Origin: SAR202 cluster bacterium
GTDB lineage: Bacteria; Chloroflexota; Dehalococcoidia; Lucifugimonadales; GCA-2712585
Length of the DNA: 64,000 nucleotides
NCBI GenBank assembly: GCA_016872285.1
Contig: VGZZ01000001.1
Coordinates: forward strand, 34,236-98,235
Direction of reading: 5' to 3'
Shown here: positions 27,489-36,147 of the stretch, piece after piece
Layout of the letters: the number at the start of each line of letters is the position of its first letter
How positions within the stretch are numbered: the first letter of the stretch is position 1
Notes under the pieces: model-generated
What the model was told of the DNA's origin: nothing
Seen by the model: the letters and a program-made list of their open reading frames with translations, nothing else
Database searches by the model: none
Program-made: the position numbers and the translations under genes

Positions 27489-28106
27489 ATGCTCTACGAA
27501 GTCCGCACCTACACCCTTATCCCCAACGCTATACCCGAGTACGAAAAACGCTTTGCCCAAGGCCTCGCCCATCGTGAGAAATTCTCCAAGCTCGCCGCCT
27601 TCTGGCACACCGACATCGGCCCCCTGAACCAGGTTATCCACGTCTGGCCCTATAACGACCTTGAGGAGCGTCGCAAGGTCAGGGCCGCTGCTGTGAAGGA
27701 AGGCGTCTGGCCACCTAAGGCGTCCGAATTGTATGTCGACACCCGCAGTGAGGTTTTCACCCCTGCACCCTTCATGCGGCCCCTCAATACACAAAAGGTC
27801 GGCCCCATCTTTGAAATGCGCACCTACACCTACAAAGTCGGCGCCATGTCCCAGGTCCTGAAGCTTTGGGAAGAACGAATCGCCTGGCGGGAAAAGCTCT
27901 CCCCCATGGTGGCCTGCTGGTACAGCGAATTCGGCGAGTTAAATCGCTTTGTCCACATTTGGGCCTATAAGAGCCTCGATGAGCGCGCGCGCATCCGCGT
28001 CGAATCTTTCAAAGACCGGAGCAAATGGCCCGCCCCTACCCAGGAATGGCTCTTGGCCCAGGAAAACAAAATCATGCTCCCCGCCTCCTTCTCACCGGTC
28101 CAGTAG
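27489..28106 (+). CDS. NIPSNAP-family protein (two tandem NIPSNAP domains)
   Basis: Two internal repeats of the pattern YE.R.Y......................W.....G.LN...H.W.Y..L..R. Confidence 0.7.
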   Translation: MLYEVRTYTLIPNAIPEYEKRFAQGLAHREKFSKLAAFWHTDIGPLNQVIHVWPYNDLEERRKVRAAAVKEGVWPPKASELYVDTRSEVFTPAPFMRPLNTQKVGPIFEMRTYTYKVGAMSQVLKLWEERIAWREKLSPMVACWYSEFGELNRFVHIWAYKSLDERARIRVESFKDRSKWPAPTQEWLLAQENKIMLPASFSPVQ

Positions 28107-28122
28107 CCCTTTCCCTGCCACA

Positions 28123-28157
28123 AAAGAGAGAGGCCCCAGTCGGGGGCCTCTCTCTTT
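28123..28157. terminator. bidirectional intrinsic terminator between convergent genes
   Basis: Perfect 15-bp stem aaagagagaggcccc / ggggcctctctcttt with a 5-nt loop. T-runs flank it on both strands. Confidence 0.6.
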
Positions 28158-28175
28158 GCTTTCAGATATGTAAAC

Positions 28176-28673
28176 TTACTCTAAGTCCACCAGGGGAGCA
28201 TGTATCGCCACCTGCTGCATCGGCTTCACATGAATCTTCTTCACCTTCCCGTCCCGCGGCGCCCGAATGCTCTGCTCCATCTTCATCGCCTCCACCACAC
28301 ACACCTCGTCACCTGCCGACACTGTTGCCCCTGGCTTCACCTTAATCGCCAGCACCTTCCCTGACATCGGAGACGTTATGGAACCGGTGTCCGCCGCTGG
28401 CTGTGGCTTAGGCGCCGCGTGAGGCTTTGGCGCGGCGACGGGCTGGGCGGGCTTCGACGCTGCGGGCCGGTGAGCCGGCCGTACCGTAAGACCTTCTACC
28501 TCCACCACATAGCTCTGACCCTCCACGGTCACTTTGGCTGTAGCGCCTATCGGCTCCTCCACCTCCACCGTAAACCACCGTTCCCCAACCTTGACCCTGA
28601 CCTCCCTTACCGCCACCCTGCTCTCCCCATAGGCCTCACGGCCATCTGCTGCGACCGACCATAAATCTTCCAC
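28176..28673 (-). CDS. biotin carboxyl carrier / biotinyl-domain protein
   Basis: EAMKM biotinylation motif (CVVEAMKMEQSI) with an Ala/Pro linker. The true start is probably an internal GTG near 28610-28616 rather than a 67-nt overlap with accC. Confidence 0.8.
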   Translation of the reverse strand: MEDLWSVAADGREAYGESRVAVREVRVKVGERWFTVEVEEPIGATAKVTVEGQSYVVEVEGLTVRPAHRPAASKPAQPVAAPKPHAAPKPQPAADTGSITSPMSGKVLAIKVKPGATVSAGDEVCVVEAMKMEQSIRAPRDGKVKKIHVKPMQQVAIHAPLVDLE

Positions 28674-30157
28674 GGACTCGCCACGCCACCGCTCCCATTG
28701 GCGCCGTTATGAGAACCGTTCTTGGCCGCCATCATAGCCACTGCCGCGGCGGCGGCTAGTTCCCTCTCATCCACGTCTATTTCCCCGGCCCCATTCTCCG
28801 AAGCCGCCCCTTGCAAAGCCTCGGCTTGAAGGTTAGCCACCAGCCACGTATCGTATTTGCCCGAGATGAACTCATGGCTGGAAATTACTCGATGTAGAAA
28901 CGGGATGTTGGTGCTGACTCCTTCTATCTGATATTCCGACAGCGCCGCCGCCAGCCTAGACCGTGCCTCCTCCCTCGACTCCCCCCAGCAGATCAGCTTC
29001 GCCAGTAACGGGTCGTAATAGATGCTGACCTCATAACCTGGGTAGATAGCCCCGTCTATTCGAACAAAATCATCCACCTTAGGTTCTTTGATTTGCGTTA
29101 TTGTCCCCGCCGATGGGAAAAAGGTCTCCGGGTCTTCCGCGTATATTCGGGCTTCCATCGCGTATCCATGCGTTCGGATAACCTTTTGCTTCAGCGGCAG
29201 CGTCTCGCCGGCGGCAATCCTTATCTGCATCTCCACCAAGTCAATGCCGGTAATCATCTCGGTTATGCCGTGCTCCACCTGGAGCCGCTTGTTCATTTCT
29301 AGAAAATACATCTCGCCATCGCTGGAAACTAGGAACTCTACCGTGCCCGCGTTGGTGTAGCCAATGTGCTTAGCCAGCTTCAGCGCATTCTTTGTCAGCG
29401 TCTTGCGGAGCTTGCCGTTGATCTTTATGGTAGGCGCCACCTCCAGCACCTTCTGGTTGCGGCGCTGCACTGAGCAGTCCCTTTCATAAAGGTGCGCCAC
29501 GTTTCCCTTCTCGTCCCCCAGTATCTGCACCTCGATGTGCGACGCGTGTTCCAGGTAGCGCTCGAAATACAGTCGCGGGCTGCCAAACGAATTCTCGGCT
29601 TGATGCCTGGCACGCTCAAGTATAGGCACCAGCTCCTTTGCCGACCTCACAATCTGCATGCCGATGCCGCCACCACCCGCAGCCGCCTTTACCATCAACG
29701 GAAAACCCAGCTTCTTCGCTCGCTTTAGGGCGTTGCGGTCCCCCACTGCGGTGTTGGTGCCCGGAATAATGGGTATGCCCGCCTTTTCCGCCAGTTTGCG
29801 GGCCTCCAGCTTGTCCCCCATCTTCTCGACAACTTCCGGCGTCGGCCCTATGAACTTTATTCCCACCTCGCGGCATGCCACCGCAAAAGCGGCGTTCTCA
29901 GACAAGAATCCATACCCTGGGTGTATCGCCTCAGCGCCGGAGGTTTCTGCCACATCAATTATCTTTACAATGTTTAGGTAGCTCTCCGACGGGGGTGCCG
30001 CTCCAATGTAATAAGCCTCGTCCGCCATCTGCACGTGAAGGGCGTTGCTGTCCGCTTCCGAATACACCGCCACTGTCGGAATCCCCATCTTCTTGCAAGT
30101 GCGGATTACCCGACAGGCTATCTCGCCGCGATTAGCTATAAGTATCTTGCTGAACAT
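28607..30157 (-). CDS. accC: biotin carboxylase (acetyl/acyl-CoA carboxylase subunit)
   Basis: MFSKILIANRGEIA, an ATP-grasp glycine loop GGGGIGM, and EMNKRLQVEH. Confidence 0.9.
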   Translation of the reverse strand: MFSKILIANRGEIACRVIRTCKKMGIPTVAVYSEADSNALHVQMADEAYYIGAAPPSESYLNIVKIIDVAETSGAEAIHPGYGFLSENAAFAVACREVGIKFIGPTPEVVEKMGDKLEARKLAEKAGIPIIPGTNTAVGDRNALKRAKKLGFPLMVKAAAGGGGIGMQIVRSAKELVPILERARHQAENSFGSPRLYFERYLEHASHIEVQILGDEKGNVAHLYERDCSVQRRNQKVLEVAPTIKINGKLRKTLTKNALKLAKHIGYTNAGTVEFLVSSDGEMYFLEMNKRLQVEHGITEMITGIDLVEMQIRIAAGETLPLKQKVIRTHGYAMEARIYAEDPETFFPSAGTITQIKEPKVDDFVRIDGAIYPGYEVSIYYDPLLAKLICWGESREEARSRLAAALSEYQIEGVSTNIPFLHRVISSHEFISGKYDTWLVANLQAEALQGAASENGAGEIDVDERELAAAAAVAMMAAKNGSHNGANGSGGVASPWKIYGRSQQMAVRPMGRAGWR

Positions 30158-30199
30158 AGCTCTCCCCCGCCATTATACACACAGAATCCCCAATCGAAG

Positions 30200-30973
30200 C
30201 TAGGCCTTTAAGCCCGCTGTAGCGCCTATGTGGTCCATGAACCCCTTCGCCCTCACCTCCCTGTCCAGCCAGTAACGCAAACTGCTGTCCAGCAGAGACC
30301 TTAGCTCCCTTACCAGCGCCGCCGGCATGTCCACCGTCGCCAGAGCCGGCACCTCGCTGATATGCAGAAAGCGAAGCGCCCTCAAGGCCTCAATTGATAG
30401 CGGCGCCAGTCGCACGTTGCCTGTCGGCCGGCACTGGGTGCATACAAGTCCCCCCAGGTCCACGCTGAAGCGGTGCTGCCCCGGGGTCACCCCTTTCCGG
30501 CACTCTACACATCGATATATCTCCGGCATGAAGCCTGTGACCTTCAGTAGGTTGAGTTGGTAATAAGGCACTATAACCTCGGGTGGCGACGATGACTGAA
30601 TCTCTCGCAGCATGACTGAGAACAACCTGTAAAGCGCGGGGTTAGGGCTGTCTTGATTGGCGAAAGCCTCGGCCAGCTCCGCCAGATACAGGGCCATGGC
30701 CGTAGCCTCCAGGTTGCTCTTGATAGCTACATACCCTTCCAGGTTTTGCGCCTGGCTGATGCTGTCCATGTCTCGGCCCTTGCTGAGCGCCAAATCGACG
30801 CGCGTAAGCGGCTCCAGGTGTCCCACCTTCCGGCTGGTCGGCTTCCTCGCCCCCCACGCCATGGCCCGAACCTTTGAGCCGTCGCGAGTCAAAAGCGTCA
30901 CCAACAAGTGCCCTTCGCCGTATGGCGAAGACTTCAGCACTATGGCTTCTGTTTTGTAAATCCGGCTGGACAC
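30200..30973 (-). CDS. recO: DNA repair protein RecO
   Basis: N-terminal OB fold plus the zinc motif CVECRK...CTQC. Length and position next to recR fit. Confidence 0.8.
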   Translation of the reverse strand: MSSRIYKTEAIVLKSSPYGEGHLLVTLLTRDGSKVRAMAWGARKPTSRKVGHLEPLTRVDLALSKGRDMDSISQAQNLEGYVAIKSNLEATAMALYLAELAEAFANQDSPNPALYRLFSVMLREIQSSSPPEVIVPYYQLNLLKVTGFMPEIYRCVECRKGVTPGQHRFSVDLGGLVCTQCRPTGNVRLAPLSIEALRALRFLHISEVPALATVDMPAALVRELRSLLDSSLRYWLDREVRAKGFMDHIGATAGLKA

Positions 30974-30976
30974 GGG

Positions 30977-31594
30977 TTAAAGCTCTCGCCGGCCCTGGAA
31001 AGCTCGAGTCAATGTTACCTCATCGGCATATTCTAGCTGGCCCCCCACTGGAAGTCCCCTGGCCAGGTTAGTCACGCGCACTCCCAGCGGGGAAATGAGG
31101 CGCTGGATATACATTGCCGTGGCATCGCCCTCCAGCGTCGGGTTTACTCCGATAACGACTTCTCTAACCGTACCGTCTTGCAAACGCGGCAGCATCTCTC
31201 GAATTTTCAGGTCTTCAGGGCCTATCCCGTTCATGGGAGAAATTACCCCGTGGAGTACATGGTACAGTCCCCTGTAGAACCCCACCTTCTCCATCGTAAG
31301 CACGTCCAGCGGGTCTTCCACCACGCATATCAGGCTCCGGTCCCGTCTTGGGTCGGCACAAATATCGCACGGGTCTATCTCCGTCAGGTTGTGGCACGAC
31401 GAGCAAAAGATAATCCTGTCCTTGACGCCCAGTATCGAGTCCGCCAGCGACTGCACGTCGTCCGATGACGCTCTGATGATGTGGTAAGCCAGCCGCTGGG
31501 CTGTCTTCGGGCCAATACCTGGAAGGCGATTCAGTTCTTGAATAAGACGCGCGACAGGGCCGGGAGCGGGGATATGGCTGCGTTCCGTTACCAT
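30977..31594 (-). CDS. recR: recombination protein RecR
   Basis: LPGIGPKTAQRLA helix-hairpin-helix, a CSSCHNLTEIDPCDIC zinc finger, and a Toprim region. Confidence 0.95.
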   Translation of the reverse strand: MVTERSHIPAPGPVARLIQELNRLPGIGPKTAQRLAYHIIRASSDDVQSLADSILGVKDRIIFCSSCHNLTEIDPCDICADPRRDRSLICVVEDPLDVLTMEKVGFYRGLYHVLHGVISPMNGIGPEDLKIREMLPRLQDGTVREVVIGVNPTLEGDATAMYIQRLISPLGVRVTNLARGLPVGGQLEYADEVTLTRAFQGRREL

Positions 31595-31619
31595 TTAGTT
31601 AGAAAGAAACCTGCGTATA

Positions 31620-31934
31620 TTATATCGCTTCCCGGCCGTTTCCGTTACGCTCAAACCCCTGGTCGCTGTAGACCCCCGCCTCCCTCCCCTGAAACACGTG
31701 GACAATGAACTCTTCTCGATTAACGCCCGCCACATCCACCAGTTCCTCATCTATGATCTCTAGCAGGTCCTCAATCGACTCCTGTGTCAGGCTCTCCACC
31801 ACGCACAGAGTCCCATGCACCATGTTAGGCGTGAAATGAATATCTATCCTTCCCACCGGATGTGTATCCTCGACAATCGTGTACGACTCCGAGTTGGCCG
31901 TCCGGCAGTCCCGCTCAAAGGTGTAATCTGGCAT
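31620..31934 (-). CDS. hypothetical acidic protein
   Basis: 104-aa ORF with reasonable composition. It is not YbaB-like, and I recognise no motif. Confidence 0.4.
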   Translation of the reverse strand: MPDYTFERDCRTANSESYTIVEDTHPVGRIDIHFTPNMVHGTLCVVESLTQESIEDLLEIIDEELVDVAGVNREEFIVHVFQGREAGVYSDQGFERNGNGREAI

Positions 31935-31944
31935 AAAAGACTCC

Positions 31945-33222
31945 TTACTCCCGTACCTGGCCGTTGCCCATAACTATCCACTTATAAGATGTCAGGTCCT
32001 TCAGCCCCATAGGGCCCCGGGCGTGGAACTTCTGAGTGCTGATTCCTACCTCCGCCCCTAGCCCAAACTGTCCTCCGTCTGTGAAATAAGTGCTGGCATT
32101 CACGTACACCGCCGCCGCGTCCACCTCATCCAGGAATCGCATGGCGGCGCTGTAGTCCTCTGTCACAATTGCCTCGGAATGGCCTGATCCAAAGGTCTGT
32201 ATATGTTCCAGCGCCTCCTCCTCTGAGTCCACCACCTTCACAGCCGCCACCAGGGCCAGGAATTCCTTTCCCCAGTCTTCGCTCGTAGCAGGCTGCACAT
32301 TCATCTCCTGCAGAGGCCCCAGTATACTCATGGCGCGATGGTCGCACCGCATCTCCACCCCAGCCTTGGCCCACTCCTTGCCGATGGCCGGCAGGTACTT
32401 GGGTGCCACTTCGGCATGGACAATTAACGTGTCCAAAGCGTTGCACACCGTGGGGCGCTTAACCTTCGCGTTATAAGCAATCGCCACCGCCTTCTTCAAG
32501 TCCGCCGCGCGGTCCACGTATGTATGGCACACACCAACGCCCCCCGCCACCACAGGCATTGTGGCGTTAGCCGCCACAAACTTGATGAACTTATCTCCCC
32601 CGCGAGGGACCATCAGATCAATGTGCTGGTTCATGCGAAGTATCGCCTCCACCAGCTTGCGGTCCGGGTCATCAACATACTGTACCGCGTCCTCCGGCGC
32701 CCCTGCCTCGGCGATAGCCCCACGAATGAGCCGCGCCAGTATCCGGTTCGAGTTGATAGCCTCGCTGCCGCCTCTCAATATGCACGCGTTCCCCGACTTC
32801 AAGCACAACGCCGATATGTCCACCGTCACGTTTGGTCTGCTCTCATATATCGAGCCGATGACCCCCAGCGGCACCCGTTTTTTCCCTATCATGAGTCCAT
32901 TTGGCCGGTTCTGCATGTCGAAGACCTCACCTACCGGGTCTTCCAGCAGCGCGATGGCCCTCACATCTTGCGCCATCCCATTAATGCGTTCCTTGGTTAG
33001 TAACAGCCTGTCCAGCATCGCCTCCGACAAGCCTTTTTCTCGCCCCGCCGCATAGTCCTTCTTGTTCGCTTCCTGTATCTTGTTCGAATACTTCACCAGC
33101 GCGTCCGCCACGCCCTCCAACGCGCGATTCTTCACGCTGGAGGGCAGCCTCGCCAGCTTCCGGCTAGCCGCTCGCGCCGCCTGTCCCTGGGAATGGAGGG
33201 TTTCTATGGATGCGTTAGTCAT
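31945..33222 (-). CDS. proA: gamma-glutamyl phosphate reductase
   Basis: 425 aa, aldehyde-dehydrogenase fold, with ProA-typical PLGVIGSIYESRPNVT and VCNALDTLIVH. Confidence 0.95.
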   Translation of the reverse strand: MTNASIETLHSQGQAARAASRKLARLPSSVKNRALEGVADALVKYSNKIQEANKKDYAAGREKGLSEAMLDRLLLTKERINGMAQDVRAIALLEDPVGEVFDMQNRPNGLMIGKKRVPLGVIGSIYESRPNVTVDISALCLKSGNACILRGGSEAINSNRILARLIRGAIAEAGAPEDAVQYVDDPDRKLVEAILRMNQHIDLMVPRGGDKFIKFVAANATMPVVAGGVGVCHTYVDRAADLKKAVAIAYNAKVKRPTVCNALDTLIVHAEVAPKYLPAIGKEWAKAGVEMRCDHRAMSILGPLQEMNVQPATSEDWGKEFLALVAAVKVVDSEEEALEHIQTFGSGHSEAIVTEDYSAAMRFLDEVDAAAVYVNASTYFTDGGQFGLGAEVGISTQKFHARGPMGLKDLTSYKWIVMGNGQVRE

Positions 33223-33240
33223 TTCATCTGTCCATCCAAG

Positions 33241-35067
33241 TCACTCTTCAATTTCACCGACTAGCTCTTCAGATTCCTCGTCCTCTAGCATCCCTGCAAA
33301 TTTGCCGTTACCTTGACCTACAACATAGGTTTCTTTGGCCTCACCCATCATCATCTGCTCACCATGCGTCTCGACACGCCGCGCCTTGGCAAAACCCCGT
33401 AGCTTACCACCCTGTGGCAAGGCGGGCCTTTGGCCCTGTAGCAGTTCTTCTATCGTCATTATCTGAATACGTGGAAAGTCCCGCTCCCACAAAATCGAAT
33501 GGTGGAAGCCGCCAGTGGCAGCTTCAACCCTCATGGGTTCAGTGGACGGCCGTAGCGCTATCAGCAGTCCCAGGTTATCCTGCCCAATAATCGATTTTAA
33601 CTCACGAACATCCTTTACAGTCACCCCGCCACTTTTTACCGATACTATGACCCTTCGTGCTCTCCCCTTACGGTCGTCCATGAAAGAAAAAACCCCGTCT
33701 ATTCCCTGATCAGCGCCCTTTTTCTTTTCCCCGCTCTGTGGCAGAGCATTTACTAAGCTCAAAGCCCACCACTGGAATTGGTATCTGTCCTGCCGCGCCA
33801 ATGCCTCCGCCCCCGCTACGTCCTTAGGCTCGCCTACAACCTCATATTTAAGTCCAGGGAAGCTGTCTTCCAGCCGCTTCTTCATCACTGTAATAGCTAA
33901 GTGCGTTACGTCAATGCCAACCCAGCGGCGATTTAAGGTCTGGGCAGCCACCACTGCGGTGCCGCAACCACAGAAGGGGTCCAACACCACATCTCCTTCC
34001 TGAGACGAGGCACTTATGATTCGTTCAAGAAGCGCAACAGGCTTCTGAGTTTGATAACCAAGCCTTTCCTGGTCTTTTGGTGAAAGCCATCTTACCTCTT
34101 GGTCTACCCCATTCGCACTGCCGAGTACGGTTCCTTCAGTATATGGCTGATATGCCCAAATATCCGGAACCGCCTGCCCGTCATCAGGCTTGAGTCGTTT
34201 CTCATATATTGGCCAGGCTTGCCCAGGAATTATTTTTATTAGGCCTAATTTAAACAGAAGGTCAAGTTTTTGATGTTGACTTAGGCCAGATACATCTTCA
34301 TCAATATCATTAAATAATGTACTTGGTATCGCCCAATGTCTTCCCTTTGCACTAGGATCAAATCCGTGCCATGGCTTTCCAGACTCTCCACCACGGAGAC
34401 CCGAACCAGTTAGAACATTGCCATAATAGTTAGTTTTCCATCCAACTTCATCTTTCATAAAGAACTGCTCAACATGGCCTCTCATGAAAGGTTTCTTAAG
34501 AAAGGTCCATTTGTATTTCTCGGACTTTGAGTAAAAAAGAATTACATCATGAATCGGCGCAAATCGATGAGATTTTCCATGGGTACCAGTGCGTCTCCAG
34601 ATTATTTCATTCCTAAAGTTCACAGGGTCGAATATGGTATCCAAAATTACTTTCAGATAATGACTAGCGGTGGGATCACAGTGAAGATACAGTGAACCCT
34701 CAGACTTGAGAACTCGGTGTAGTTCAACTAATCTGACTGTCATCATCGTTAGGTAGGCCATTACGTCATTGGAACCAATGAAGGCCCTTAATGCCTCTAT
34801 AGCCTTTGAGACCTTTAGAGGTGAGTTTACGATTATTTCTTGGTAAGTAGCTTCAGCTTTTATGTCCCACTTCCACGTATCGGTGAAAGCCCTAATCTGA
34901 GCCTCAGAAGGCACACCGCTGCTCTCCCTAAACAATACGTTGTACTGCTGTTGGCTGTTGAAGGGTGGATCTAAATAAATGAGATCAACAGACTCGTCTG
35001 GAACATACCGACGTAAAATCTCTAGGTTATCACCGTAGTAGAGGGCATTAGTTTTGATATCTGCCAT
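33241..35067 (-). CDS. DNA methyltransferase (N6-A/N4-C, beta class) fused to a C-terminal Mrr/PD-(D/E)xK restriction-endonuclease-like domain
   Basis: DLIYLDPPFNS (motif IV) precedes VLDPFCGCGT (motif I). The C-terminus has GADQGIDGV...VIVSVKSG, an Mrr-type core. The start is set at ATG 35067 (GGAG 5 nt upstream); the track start is 35112. Confidence 0.85.
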   Translation of the reverse strand: MADIKTNALYYGDNLEILRRYVPDESVDLIYLDPPFNSQQQYNVLFRESSGVPSEAQIRAFTDTWKWDIKAEATYQEIIVNSPLKVSKAIEALRAFIGSNDVMAYLTMMTVRLVELHRVLKSEGSLYLHCDPTASHYLKVILDTIFDPVNFRNEIIWRRTGTHGKSHRFAPIHDVILFYSKSEKYKWTFLKKPFMRGHVEQFFMKDEVGWKTNYYGNVLTGSGLRGGESGKPWHGFDPSAKGRHWAIPSTLFNDIDEDVSGLSQHQKLDLLFKLGLIKIIPGQAWPIYEKRLKPDDGQAVPDIWAYQPYTEGTVLGSANGVDQEVRWLSPKDQERLGYQTQKPVALLERIISASSQEGDVVLDPFCGCGTAVVAAQTLNRRWVGIDVTHLAITVMKKRLEDSFPGLKYEVVGEPKDVAGAEALARQDRYQFQWWALSLVNALPQSGEKKKGADQGIDGVFSFMDDRKGRARRVIVSVKSGGVTVKDVRELKSIIGQDNLGLLIALRPSTEPMRVEAATGGFHHSILWERDFPRIQIMTIEELLQGQRPALPQGGKLRGFAKARRVETHGEQMMMGEAKETYVVGQGNGKFAGMLEDEESEELVGEIEE

Positions 35068-35133
35068 TTTATCTCCTACGGTAAGGGATGTTGGGGACAG
35101 TGTACTACACAAGGGAGCAGGAGATTTTCAACC

Positions 35134-35979
35134 TTAAACCCTCCCCGCCGCAAACAGTGTCCCTACATCCTCCCCTGCCTCCACGCGCCCCACCACGTTG
35201 GGCCGCCGCCCGTCGCACACCACCACCGTCACCCCCGCCGACGTCGCCAGCCGCGCCGCCTCCACCTTGGTCTTCATACCGCCGCGAGACCACGGGTTCA
35301 GCTTCTTCCCCGCCAAAGACTCCACCTGCCCATCGATATTATCCACCCGGGGTATCCGCTTGGCCTTTGAGTCTATTCTCGGGTCCGCCGTCATCAGCCC
35401 ATCGGCGTCCGTCAGTATAACCAGCAGGTCCGCCTTCATCAGCTTCGCCACCATGGCAGACAGCATATCGTTGTCGCCAAACACCTCCCCTATCTCCTCC
35501 ACCGCCACCACGTCGTTCTCGTTGATAACCGGCACCACCCGGAGTTCCAGCAGCGAGTCCAACGTCCTATGTACATTCCGAGAATGCTCCACGTCGGCCA
35601 GATCGTCCCAGGTCAGCAGCACCTGGGCAATATTTATCCCCTTGGGCTCAAATAGCAGGCTGTAGGCGTGCATCAAGCGATTTTGTCCCACCGCCGCCAG
35701 CACTTGGCGAAAGTTCACGTTCGGCAGGTCGCTTTTGACGCCCAGAGGCTTCCGTCCCGCCGCAATAGCTCCCGAAGTCACCAGCATTACTTCGGCTCCA
35801 AGGTCATGTATAGCCGCTATTTGGTCCACCAGTCCACTTACCGTGGGCAAGTGGAGCATATCGCTGCCGCCGGTCAGCACGCTGGTCCCAGCCTTAACCA
35901 CCACCCGCTTGTAGCGCAGCGCCGCCACCCCGTTGGGCGACATTGACGCTGACGTATTGTTTTGCTCTGCGATATCCAT
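35134..35979 (-). CDS. proB: glutamate 5-kinase (short form without PUA domain)
   Basis: RVVVKAGTSVLT, VTSGAIAAG and an amino-acid-kinase fold. 281 aa. Confidence 0.9.
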   Translation of the reverse strand: MDIAEQNNTSASMSPNGVAALRYKRVVVKAGTSVLTGGSDMLHLPTVSGLVDQIAAIHDLGAEVMLVTSGAIAAGRKPLGVKSDLPNVNFRQVLAAVGQNRLMHAYSLLFEPKGINIAQVLLTWDDLADVEHSRNVHRTLDSLLELRVVPVINENDVVAVEEIGEVFGDNDMLSAMVAKLMKADLLVILTDADGLMTADPRIDSKAKRIPRVDNIDGQVESLAGKKLNPWSRGGMKTKVEAARLATSAGVTVVVCDGRRPNVVGRVEAGEDVGTLFAAGRV

Positions 35980-36147
35980 GCGTAAACCAAGCCCCTCTTT
36001 ACGAATGGTCTTAATTATAACAGTGGCCCTTCAAAGCCAACAATGGAAAGTAATCATCCCTCGATGCACCCCTAGGTGTATAATTAACTTACAGGGCTCT
36101 CCGTTATGCGGAGCAGCCCGCTTAACGTTGTTAATTGAAGGTCGTCC

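Noticed and set aside
28607-28673. 67-nt overlap between accC and the biotin-carrier gene
   Set aside because: This is more likely an over-extended start call. In-frame GTG codons near 28610..28616 would give the usual short overlap, so it is not treated as a biological oddity.
35088-35420. Pro-rich 110-aa plus-strand ORF
   Set aside because: It is antisense to proB and has low-complexity PPPP/RR composition.
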